A DNA stretch of 64,000 bases, from assembly GCA_042408215.1 (NCBI GenBank), contig JAYFMW010000006.1, positions 224,001 to 288,000 on the forward strand, read 5' to 3'. Shown piece after piece: positions 10,692 to 19,800 of this stretch. Position numbers and translations under genes: made by a program. This stretch comes from Microcoleus sp. Lineage in GTDB: Bacteria; Cyanobacteriota; Cyanobacteriia; Cyanobacteriales; Microcoleaceae. Every line of letters starts with the position of its first letter. Position 1 is the stretch's first letter. Under the pieces are notes generated by a model, which saw only the letters and a program-made list of their open reading frames with translations, ran no database searches and was not told the origin of the DNA.

Positions 10692-11945
10692 CCAGAAGAA
10701 CAGCTACTTTACAACCACTGGCTGGAGCTTGTACAGCTAGAGACGCCGGCCGAACTCATCGATCGCTTTCGGACTTTATTTATCCACTGTACAGGATATC
10801 CCGATCGCTCGATCGCCCAGGCCCTGGAAAAATTAGCAGCATCAAAACAGGCGGAACAAGAATTTAAATACATTTTGAACCGCTGCTGTCACATCCCGAT
10901 CAACCGCTGGCAAACATACCCCAGCAAGCAAGCAGCCATCCCCGAATTGATTGCTGTGTTTGAAGATGCGCCCTTCGTAGTATTTGGAAACAGTCGCTCG
11001 CGGGCGATCGGCTGCATACCCCAATTAGTACATCAATTTATCGCAAGCGAACAGTATCTCACACTCAAACGCTTCGCCCAAGTCATCACCCACAATTGGG
11101 AAGACAGCAGCAACAGCAAAACCCCTACTAGCAAGGCTCTCGGAACTTTAATTCCCCGCTACCCCTACCTTTACCAACACTGTCTCCTCAGCCAAGACAG
11201 CACCTACGAACAGCAGAAAATCATCAAAAAAATCCAAGCTCAAAAGCAGCAGCAATTTGAAATCGACCTCTCTCAATATGTAGCTCACCAAGTGAGAAAA
11301 ACCCAAATAGCCCGCCGAGCAACCTCTATCTCCTTCGCTCGTACTATACATAGTATAAAAAATCCCACCCTCTTGAGCGACCCCGAACTGTTCTGTGCCC
11401 TCAAGCAATTTGTCGGAAAAGTAGAAGGCGCCGATACTTACAGACAGCTCGCCTCGCGCTTCAGAGCGAACGCCAGCCAAACTCAGAACTACGGATCCTT
11501 TAAAGACGACTTGTACGAATACCTAATTTCTTCTGTCACCGACCACCGCTACGGCAAATGTCAATTTAACGATAAATTGTATAAGCAATTACAAAGTACC
11601 TTTCCCCACAGCGATGCTCAGAAGTTCAACGAATTTTTAACGATCAGAACTTGCAGCCAGTTGTTAAACTTTTTAGTAGTAGAGAGTCCTCAGCGACCCA
11701 ACCACTTTGTGTTCATTGACCTGATCTCAAACCTCGGCCCCACCCAAACCACAGGTCTGCTGCTGAAAATTTTACTAATTTGCCACCAAGTCAAACCCTA
11801 CCTAGAAAAGCGGCTGGCAATTTTGTTCGCCCACTACGAATTCTCGACCAGAGCAGGCGTAATGTGGTTAGTCAAAGCCCTCGAAAACCTGAATCTCGCT
11901 TTGAGTACCAACTTTGGCAAGGTAGACGTATCTTTCCTGCGGTAA
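10683..11945 (+). CDS. Conserved cyanobacterial hypothetical protein; native N-terminus displaced by the IscB element
   Basis: 420-aa ORF whose first three codons (GTG ATT GAC) come from the element end. Confidence 0.8.
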   Translation: MIDPEEQLLYNHWLELVQLETPAELIDRFRTLFIHCTGYPDRSIAQALEKLAASKQAEQEFKYILNRCCHIPINRWQTYPSKQAAIPELIAVFEDAPFVVFGNSRSRAIGCIPQLVHQFIASEQYLTLKRFAQVITHNWEDSSNSKTPTSKALGTLIPRYPYLYQHCLLSQDSTYEQQKIIKKIQAQKQQQFEIDLSQYVAHQVRKTQIARRATSISFARTIHSIKNPTLLSDPELFCALKQFVGKVEGADTYRQLASRFRANASQTQNYGSFKDDLYEYLISSVTDHRYGKCQFNDKLYKQLQSTFPHSDAQKFNEFLTIRTCSQLLNFLVVESPQRPNHFVFIDLISNLGPTQTTGLLLKILLICHQVKPYLEKRLAILFAHYEFSTRAGVMWLVKALENLNLALSTNFGKVDVSFLR

Positions 11946-11995
11946 ATAGCATTGGCACAACTAACTACTAAAACCCGTTGAAAAGAGGCTATTCT

Positions 11996-12175
11996 CGAAA
12001 AATTGGGTGGAAAACCCCGTCCTAAAAGGACGGCTTTGTGTTAAAATGGCTTCAAGTCGGGATAGGAAACTGCCACGACTCTAAATGGACCTAGAGAAAA
12101 CGTAAGACTATTTCGGTAGCAGATTTCTTAGAAGTGTCAAGAATCACCGCACCTGATAGTCGGTGAGTGTTTCAA
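11996..12175 (+). mobile_element. ORF-less IS200/IS605 mini-element (PATE-like): left-end hairpin + TnpB omegaRNA/right end
   Basis: cgaaaaattgggtggaaaaccccgtcctaaaaggacggcttt resembles the left end of the 15166..16504 element. Ends in AGAATCACCG...CGGTGAG..TCAA like its right end. Confidence 0.75.
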
Positions 12176-12319
12176 ATTTTAAAGTACCAAGTGTGAATCA
12201 GATTCGGTTGCAGGCTTTGTTCATTGCTACAGAATTGTCTAAAAACTTGCCCTTCTGTATCGGCAGGGAACTCTCCGAAACTGAAATCTTACACCATCTA
12301 AATTTTGGAGTTATTCCCC

Positions 12320-12667
12320 ATGTCGATATACGTCGGTAACTTATCCTATAAAGTTACCCAAGAAGACATCACCGCCGTCTTCGCTGAATACGGAACCGTT
12401 AAACGAGTACATCTACCTACAGACAGAGAAACGAGTCGCCCCCGTGGCTTCGGTTTTGTAGAAATGTCAACCGATGCAGAAGAAGATGCAGCCATTACGG
12501 CTCTCGACGGAGCAGAGTGGATGGGTCGTGACCTCAAGGTTAACAAAGCCAAGCCTCGCGAAGATGAAGGCGGCCGGGGCGGCGGCAGCCGGGGCCCCGG
12601 CGGCCCAGGAAAATTTCCTCGCGGAGAAAGAGGAGGAGAAAGAGGAGGAGAAAGAGGACGTTATTAA
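12320..12667 (+). CDS. rbp: RRM RNA-binding protein with Gly-rich tail (Rbp family)
   Basis: MSIYVGNLSY (RNP2), RGFGFVEM (RNP1), ALDGAEWMGRDLKVNKAKPR; TCTCCGAA box in the 5' UTR; GGAG RBS. Confidence 0.93.
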   Translation: MSIYVGNLSYKVTQEDITAVFAEYGTVKRVHLPTDRETSRPRGFGFVEMSTDAEEDAAITALDGAEWMGRDLKVNKAKPREDEGGRGGGSRGPGGPGKFPRGERGGERGGERGRY

Positions 12668-12776
12668 TTTCCTCGGAATTTCCTCTGACGCAGATTTGAG
12701 ATTTGAGATGGGAGATCAAGAGCACCTAGCTCCGAACCGCCTTCTCTTCAAATTTCCTGCTCTACGGTAAATACAC

Positions 12777-12810
12777 GCTAAAGCCAAGGGTCAAGCCCTT
12801 GGCTTTTAGC
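12777..12810. terminator. Hairpin downstream of rbp
   Basis: GCTAAAGCCAAGGG-tcaag-CCCTTGGCTTTTAGC. Confidence 0.6.
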
Positions 12811-12816
12811 TTTGAC

Positions 12817-12909
12817 AGTCCTGGACGCAAAAACAGAAGAGCAACACTATTGGTAGCGGTAAGGTGTTCTTAGGCGCACCCTACAGATCTAGTTTATGCG
12901 TCCAGGGCT
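12817..12909. repeat. MITE-like repeat (CCTGGACGCA...TGCGTCCAGG); related copy at about 14204..14310
   Basis: Terminal inverted repeats visible at both loci. Confidence 0.6.
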
Positions 12910-12997
12910 ATTTGAGTTAAAAGCGCGATTAGCGAATCTAGTTAAGACCGATCGAATTTTTGGTTGAGATGGCAGACCCCTGCTGTGTACTCAGAGT

Positions 12998-13279
12998 CTA
13001 TTCGTCAGATTCGATGCTACTGCTCAATCCGTGATTGTTCAGCGTTTCGCAGTAAAACTCAGCGTGTTCTAGAGCACAAACAATCACCAGTCCCAGCCCG
13101 TTAGTGTGAGCTTCCATCATAATGTTCACAGCCTGTGGCTGAGTCAGACTCGGTACCGTCTGCATCAGAGTCTGCACCACATACTCCATAGGGTTGAAAT
13201 CATCATTGTGGAGCAGAACGCGATAGCGCGGTGCAAGCTTACGGACCGTTGAAGGCTTTACAAGAATTTCGACAGACAC
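12998..13279 (-). CDS. clpS: ATP-dependent Clp protease adaptor ClpS
   Basis: YRVLLHNDDFNPMEYVV...IMMEAHTNG...EHAEFY. Confidence 0.95.
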   Translation of the reverse strand: MSVEILVKPSTVRKLAPRYRVLLHNDDFNPMEYVVQTLMQTVPSLTQPQAVNIMMEAHTNGLGLVIVCALEHAEFYCETLNNHGLSSSIESDE

Positions 13280-13594
13280 TACTTTGTATCCTCCTGCTGG
13301 GTCAAATGTTAAAATTTGTGAATAATCTAGAGCCGGATTCCTCCGCTGTGCAATGGTATCCGACTTTTAGTTATTTTAAATGAATGGAGATGCTGTTAGG
13401 TAATGAAATTCAAAGAAAGCAGCCAAAAAGTCGATCGCCACCTTTGAACCCAAAACCGGACGCAGATGCGGTTTTTTCCAACTCCAGTATCCAAAGCCAA
13501 TCGCCCTACCTTCCTAGCGCCGTACAATTAGAATACAACAGATCAAAATAACAAACTACTACCTGTCGAGTCTCCAGAACTGAGTGAACGCTAT

Positions 13595-14197
13595 ATGAAA
13601 CGCAAACCTAAACCCTTCAACGACAGATTCAGCGCCGACGCACCAGGGGGAGAAGATGACTCCGACTACTCCGGCCCCTTTGGCGGACAGTCGCGACGCC
13701 AACCTCAGTCTGGTAAACCCTCCTTCCTCAACTACACCTCCCTGGGCATTTTAGCAGCCGTTTTTATTCTCGGAATTGGTATTGGCATTGCTTTTAGCTC
13801 CACCGCTACCATTAGCCCAGAAAATGTAGCATCCCGCGAATTTATCGATCGCAGTGCCCCGAATCCCGAACTTTGCGTGCAGTTTGGAGCCAGCGCGATG
13901 GTGACAGATATGCGCGCCTACGTCACCCTCAACCCTTTCAACGTCTACATTTCACAGCCGACTATGCGCCCCGGATGCGTGCTGCGAACCAACAACTGGG
14001 CAATTCTGGAACAAAGAAAACTCGTCAGCCAAAACCAAGTGCGCGAGTGCAAAAATCGGATGAATACATTTGGCTTCACCGGTGCCCTGGAAAGTCAACC
14101 CGACATCAACTGTATCTATCAAAACGACAGCGCCAAAAACCTGTTTATCAACCAGCCCGGTTCAGTGGCTCCAACCACAGATAATCAGAATTTCTAA
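13595..14197 (+). CDS. DUF3172-family single-TM cyanobacterial protein
   Basis: TM helix then SREFIDRSAPNPELCVQFGASA...PGCVLRTNNW. Confidence 0.8.
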   Translation: MKRKPKPFNDRFSADAPGGEDDSDYSGPFGGQSRRQPQSGKPSFLNYTSLGILAAVFILGIGIGIAFSSTATISPENVASREFIDRSAPNPELCVQFGASAMVTDMRAYVTLNPFNVYISQPTMRPGCVLRTNNWAILEQRKLVSQNQVRECKNRMNTFGFTGALESQPDINCIYQNDSAKNLFINQPGSVAPTTDNQNF

Positions 14198-14413
14198 CTT
14201 TGATAGTCCTGGACGCATCAAAACCTTAAGAAACCGGGTTTTTTGGGTTTTGATGGGCTGTAACGAAGTCTTGGAGCAAAAACCCGGTTTCTGACCACCC
14301 GTGCGTCCAGTTGTTTCGGAATGATTTAACCGCAGAGACCGCAGAGACCGCAGAGTCGGAGAAGAGAGAGATGAATCATTCTGATACCAACGGATTTGAT
14401 ATGACTATTAAAG

Positions 14414-15142
14414 CTACTGTTTGGGAAGCGGTTCACCAAAGTTGATGATGATTATCCGCCGTTCTGGTGCGGCAGGACGGGGTATAGGAGCAACAGGTAT
14501 CCCCCGCCGTTCTTGAACCGCAACCCTGACTAAAGGCACTGTTATCGGTCGGATTTGGTCGTTTTGAGTTGTTGGCTGGGAAGGATTTCGCTCGTAAGTT
14601 TGAGTGGCGATCGGCTGGGGCTGCGGTACTTGTGTTGTTGATGGGGTTTGGGTTTCGGTTGTGTTACGACTCGAACTTGGGGCGATCGCGGGCACTAACA
14701 CCCAGCGATTGGCGGCCCCGATTTTTTGGAATTGAGTGCGATCGGGCTTTACAGCAAATCCTGGTGCCAACTCCATCACAATTCTCACCCTTCCCGGTTG
14801 AATTTGACTCATTCCCACAGAACGTACTAATCCTTTTGGGTATAATTGAGTCGCATCTACTGAGATTTCAGTATTGGGCAAATCCACAGCAATTTGATTT
14901 GGGTTTAATACAGAATATTTGGGCGTGGTTCCCTCTGGGAGGGTAATTACTAACTCATTTGTGGCCGGATCGAATTGCCAAATTGGGACTGTGGAAGCGG
15001 TGGCTTGTTGTTGTCCGATTTGCATCGAAACTGTGGCGGCGACTGCTAGACTCAGACTCAGTGACTTGCTTGCTAACAATCTGGGTGTTAGAGAATTAAC
15101 AGTCAATTTTTGTAAGTCTTGCCAAAATCTTTTGTATTGCAT
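14414..15142 (-). CDS. AMIN-domain secreted protein
   Basis: Signal-like segment then WQFDPATNEL...IAVDLPNT...VRIVMEL. Start placed at ATG 15142 because the upstream ATGs lie in the IS right end. Confidence 0.75.
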   Translation of the reverse strand: MQYKRFWQDLQKLTVNSLTPRLLASKSLSLSLAVAATVSMQIGQQQATASTVPIWQFDPATNELVITLPEGTTPKYSVLNPNQIAVDLPNTEISVDATQLYPKGLVRSVGMSQIQPGRVRIVMELAPGFAVKPDRTQFQKIGAANRWVLVPAIAPSSSRNTTETQTPSTTQVPQPQPIATQTYERNPSQPTTQNDQIRPITVPLVRVAVQERRGIPVAPIPRPAAPERRIIIINFGEPLPKQ

Positions 15143-15165
15143 GGCTGCTGTGTGAAAGTTTTGAT

Positions 15166-16504
15166 TTGACATTCTCACCGGGCTGAAGCCACGGTGATTC
15201 TAAACATCACTGTTTAGGCTTCCTCTTTCGGCGATCCGACTTATTTAAAAGAGTTTCCTCATTCAAACTCTTGTTGATATCTCCAGAGGCGTTTGAGGTT
15301 TCCGTGTGCCCCACGGTACGCAATCCAAGTTCTAATATGTTGCGAGCGGCGTTCCAATCTCGGTCTAAAACGAATCCACAATGTGGACAAATATGTGTTC
15401 TTTGACTTAATGACTTTTTCGCCACTTTCCCACAACTAGAACAATTTTGACTTGTATAGTGTGGCGGTACTGCAACAGTTGCCACCCCAAACACTTTGCC
15501 AAAATATTCAATCCAATTTCTAAAAGCTGTCCAAGCCGCATCTGATATCGACTTGGATAGCTTTTTGTTTTTGACCATGTTACGCACCTGCAAGTCTTCA
15601 TAGGCTACCAAGTCGTTAGACTGGACTACGCACCTTGCTAATTTCACAGCAAAGTCTTTACGCCGCCTGCTTACCTTGAGGTGTTTTCTACTTAAACAAT
15701 TTCGAGCCTTAGCTCTATTTTTAGAACCTTTCTGCGTTCGAGAAAGTCTACGATTAAGCTTTTTTAACGATCTTTCGGACTTTCTTAGATGGCGCGGGTT
15801 CTCTACGGTGTTACCGTCAGAGTCTGTGTAGAAATGAGTTAGCCCTACATCCAAACCGATTGTTTTTCCGGTCTGCTCCCGCTTTTCGTTTCGTTCAGTG
15901 TCAATACAAAATTGCACGTAGTAGCCATCGGCTCGACGAACTACGCGCACTCGTTTAACTTGACTTAGCCGATAGAAATGTAGGTCACGAGTTCCCCATA
16001 ATTTAAAAATTCCGGCTTTAAATCCATCAGTGAAAGTTATATTTCGTCGGTCTTCAGAAAGCTTCCACCCACAGGTCTTGTATTCAACAGAACCGTGCGT
16101 TTCATGCTTTTTGAAGTGCGGAAAACCTTTCTTTCCTGGTTTTGCCTTCTTGCAGTTGTCAAAGAATCGTGCAATCGCTGACCAAGCTCTTTCAGCAGAA
16201 GCTTGCCTTGCCATTGAGTTGAGTTTACTGGCCCAAGGAAATTCTTTGGCAAGAACTACGCAATAAGCGCTTAAGTCGTAGCGACCTACCCCTGGGGTAT
16301 CCATCCAGTACCTGATGCAGCTATTACGAATGAAGCGAGCAGTACGAATGGCTTCGTCTAGCCGTTCGTACTGCTCGCTTTTCCCTTCTAGCTTGGCTTC
16401 AAATACTAACATTTACGTCGAGTGAGTGAATATAAAGACTATAACAGAGTTCTGGAGAAATTAAAGCCGTCCTATAAGGACGGGGCTTTAGACCCAGCTT
16501 TTTG
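15166..16504 (-). mobile_element. IS200/IS605-family tnpB-only element
   Basis: Left end TTAC|caaaaagctgggtctaaagccccgtccttataggacggcttt; right end agaatcaccgtggcttcagcccggtgagaatgTCAA. Confidence 0.85.
15207..16412 (-). CDS. tnpB: RNA-guided endonuclease TnpB, apparently intact
   Basis: IGLDVG, VAYEDL and DRDWNAA catalytic motifs; CSSC/CPHC zinc finger; 401 aa. Confidence 0.93.
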   Translation of the reverse strand: MLVFEAKLEGKSEQYERLDEAIRTARFIRNSCIRYWMDTPGVGRYDLSAYCVVLAKEFPWASKLNSMARQASAERAWSAIARFFDNCKKAKPGKKGFPHFKKHETHGSVEYKTCGWKLSEDRRNITFTDGFKAGIFKLWGTRDLHFYRLSQVKRVRVVRRADGYYVQFCIDTERNEKREQTGKTIGLDVGLTHFYTDSDGNTVENPRHLRKSERSLKKLNRRLSRTQKGSKNRAKARNCLSRKHLKVSRRRKDFAVKLARCVVQSNDLVAYEDLQVRNMVKNKKLSKSISDAAWTAFRNWIEYFGKVFGVATVAVPPHYTSQNCSSCGKVAKKSLSQRTHICPHCGFVLDRDWNAARNILELGLRTVGHTETSNASGDINKSLNEETLLNKSDRRKRKPKQ

Positions 16505-16598
16505 GTAAACTAGATTTGAGAATAATTGGGCATCGGGCATCGGGCATCGGAAAAAGCGTGTTCCTTGATGGTCGAATCAAGGTATTATAACTATTTAA

Positions 16599-16780
16599 TA
16601 CCAATTTTTTATGAGGCTGCATAGAATCCGATCCCCCTAACCGAGGGCGGGCACGGGGGCACCGCCCCTACATTCGGGGAGTAGCGGGGGACAAGATTCC
16701 GATCAAAGTCAACCCCTACTCCCCTTCTTAAGGGGGATTTAGGGGGATCGAGATATGTGCAACGACCCATTAAATTGGTA
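16599..16780. mobile_element. MITE, TIR TACCAATTT, TAA target duplication
   Basis: TAA|taccaattt...aaattggta|TAA; inverted relative of 46703..46866. Confidence 0.8.
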
Positions 16781-16826
16781 TAATCGGAATCGCGATCGCC
16801 TTAAAATTCCTGCCGTCAGAACACCT

Positions 16827-19800
16827 ATGACTTACAGTAACAGCGAACTTGAGGGAAAATCTTTCTATCAATCGGAACCTTTAATCGCCAGATTGAGGGG
16901 AATTATCCGCGATTATCCCGAAGGTGTGGGGATTCTCAAAGAATTAATTCAAAATGCTGACGATGCGAAAGCCACGCGGGTAGAAATAACTCTCGATTGG
17001 CGGAACCATCAAGTCGAAAAATTGCCGGACGATCGCATGGTACGGTTAATGGGGCCGGCGATGTTAGTCTACAACGATCGCGTGTTTGCAGACAAAGATT
17101 TTGACAGCATTCGCAGTTTGGGACAAAGCGAAAAAGCGCGAGACTTGCAGAAAACTGGTAGGTTTGGCGTCGGGTTTAATGCAATTTATCATGTTACAGA
17201 TTTTCCCAGTTTTGTGTCGCGCGATCGCATCATCTTTTTTGACCCTCACGGTGTGGCGATTCCCGGTACTTCGAGACAGGAACCGGGGCGCGAGTGGAAT
17301 TTGGCTGATGCTAAATGGTATGATAAATATCCCGATTTTATGCAAGTCTACGCAGCGGGAGGATTGCCGTTTGGAGATACCAACTTTCAAGGTACTCTGT
17401 TTCGGCTACCTTTGAGAACAACAGAAAGCGCCAAAAATAGCGAGATTCGCAAACAAGCTTTTACTGAATCAAACGTCAAGGAACTGCTAGATGAATTGAG
17501 ACAGTCGGGTGAAGAACTTTTGCTATTTTTGAAGTCTGTTCAGGAAATTAGAGTTTATGAAATTTTGGCTAACAGTCAAGAAACCAGACAAGAAATTCTG
17601 GCGATTGTTACCAAAAATCCGCAAGAAGTCAGAGAAGCGCGACAAAAACTCCTCGATGCAATTCCCGATACTCCCGACAAACTGCTGGAATTGTGCCACC
17701 ATAATCCTGACGGTTTAGTGTCAGTTTCTTACCGCCACGAGATAGAAACGATTAGTTGCGATCGCACAATCAAGTCTACTTGGAGAACAGTCAGTTTAAT
17801 TCGCACAGACTCAGGCGACGATTTGGCAAAAGTGATCGCAGCAATGCACGAAAGCCAAGAAAAAGTCGTACCTTGGGCCGGTGCTGCTGCTAGAATTAGT
17901 GCTGTTAGTACCGAGGGAAATCTGCCGCCTGTTTCCGGGAAAGTTTACTGTTTTTTGCCGCTTCCTCTGGAAACTGGTTGGCCGGTTCACATCAACGGTT
18001 TTTTTAACTTAAATAGTTCGCGGGATAACCTCAGCAGCGACAGCGGACAAACTGGAAAAGACCGACCTAGATCTATTTGGAATCAGCTACTCGCGCGCCA
18101 TGTTTTGGCTCACGCTTATGCTAACTTAATTGTCGATTTAGTACAAGATATCGGACGGTTTCAAGCAGAGGAGTTTTACAAATTTTGGCCGATTAGCAAA
18201 ATCACTACTAGCAAAGCTCTGGAAGAATTACACAATTTTGTGATGCAGTTATTGTACCACAAACCAGTTGTGCGATCGGCTGTCAAACATATTGTAACTG
18301 AAGGTCAAATTAACGAGACAAGATGGGTAACACCTCCGACAGTTCAAAATCTACCCTCAAAAAAGTGGTGGGATGAATTATTAGCACCGCTGTGTGCCGA
18401 TAATATTGATATTCCCAATCCGCCCTTGCCCGATTCGATTTTAGCAGCTTTTAAAGATGCAGGTTTGCCCTTACCAACATTCACTGCTACCAATTTGCGA
18501 AAGCATTTAACCGAAAATAAATCCCTAGGGGTTTCGCTGTCGGATGCACCGAAAGCCAGCCTGCGAAATCGCCAATGGATTGGGAATATGCTGCGCTATT
18601 GTCTCAGCGATAAATGCCAAGATTTGCGCGGTTTGCCGCTAGCTATTCTGGCTGACAATACTTTGCAGGTATTTGGATATAATGCGATCGGCACTATTTA
18701 CATTGCAGATGAGGCGCAGAGGGGAATATTTGCCAATTATCCCGACTGGTTTCTCCACCAAGATTTAACTAAATTATTGCCGGGATACAATATAATTGGC
18801 ATCTCAAACATGACTGCTGCGGAAGTAGCAAAGAAGTTGGTGAATGTCATTGGTTCAACTCAGTCAGAAATTGATTGGAATCCCGATGCACCGCATCCGC
18901 CAAATGCAGAATGGTTGACTTTAGTTTATCAATATTTTTACAATATCAGCCCCAGATATCTATCGCAAGAAACAGTCGAAAACTTGAAAAAAGTAGCGCT
19001 GGTTCCGGGAAATCATGGTAAGCTTTATAAAGGGGGAACTGTTGACACTCCTTTGTTGCGCGGCGATAAAATTGAGGCGGAAACAATTGCAGCGGTAGAA
19101 TATTTTGGGGCGACACTTGTCAAAGCACCGGCAAAACTTGAAGGCGCGATCGCACAATTTGCCGATCGCCACAAAAATCAGTTAGTCTATTGTATCACCG
19201 GCCCGGATATCCTAGACATAGTATATTCGCGGTGCGATCGAGGTTTGCCGCCTTACGACGAACAGCATTATACACATCTGCTCAATTTCCTAGCAAGTCT
19301 AGAGCAAAGAAATTACGATGAAACTAGGCAAAATAAGCTGCGCCAACTGCCAATTTACCCCACAACTTCCGGCGAAATAGTTTCTCTGAATAGTGAAAAT
19401 GTCTACCTGACTGGCGATGGATACGCACCGCCAGAAATTGCAGGTAATTTGAGGCTTTTATGCTTAGGTAAAAACCGGGAATGGCTGTCGCTATTCCAAT
19501 ATTTGCAAGTGCCAATACTCAACCGCGCGAGACTGATTCGCGACTGTTTGTTGCCAGAATATGCCTCATTTTCCCCAGAAGAACAGTTAATAGCGCTAAC
19601 TTGGATTCGGGATAACTTGACTAAAGCTAGCATTGAGTTAGAAAAGGGAGGAGAAAATGCTTTAGGATTTAATGAAGAGCTGAAAAAGGCTCGTCTGGTG
19701 CGCTGTAGTGACAGGAGATTGCGATCGGCCCAATTGATTTACAATCCTTTAAGTGAGGTAGTTAGGGATATTATCGGCAATGTAGCAGCGATTCCAGACA

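Noticed and set aside
16755..16826. Track start of the sacsin-like gene
   Set aside because: The ATG lies inside a MITE; 16827 is preferred.
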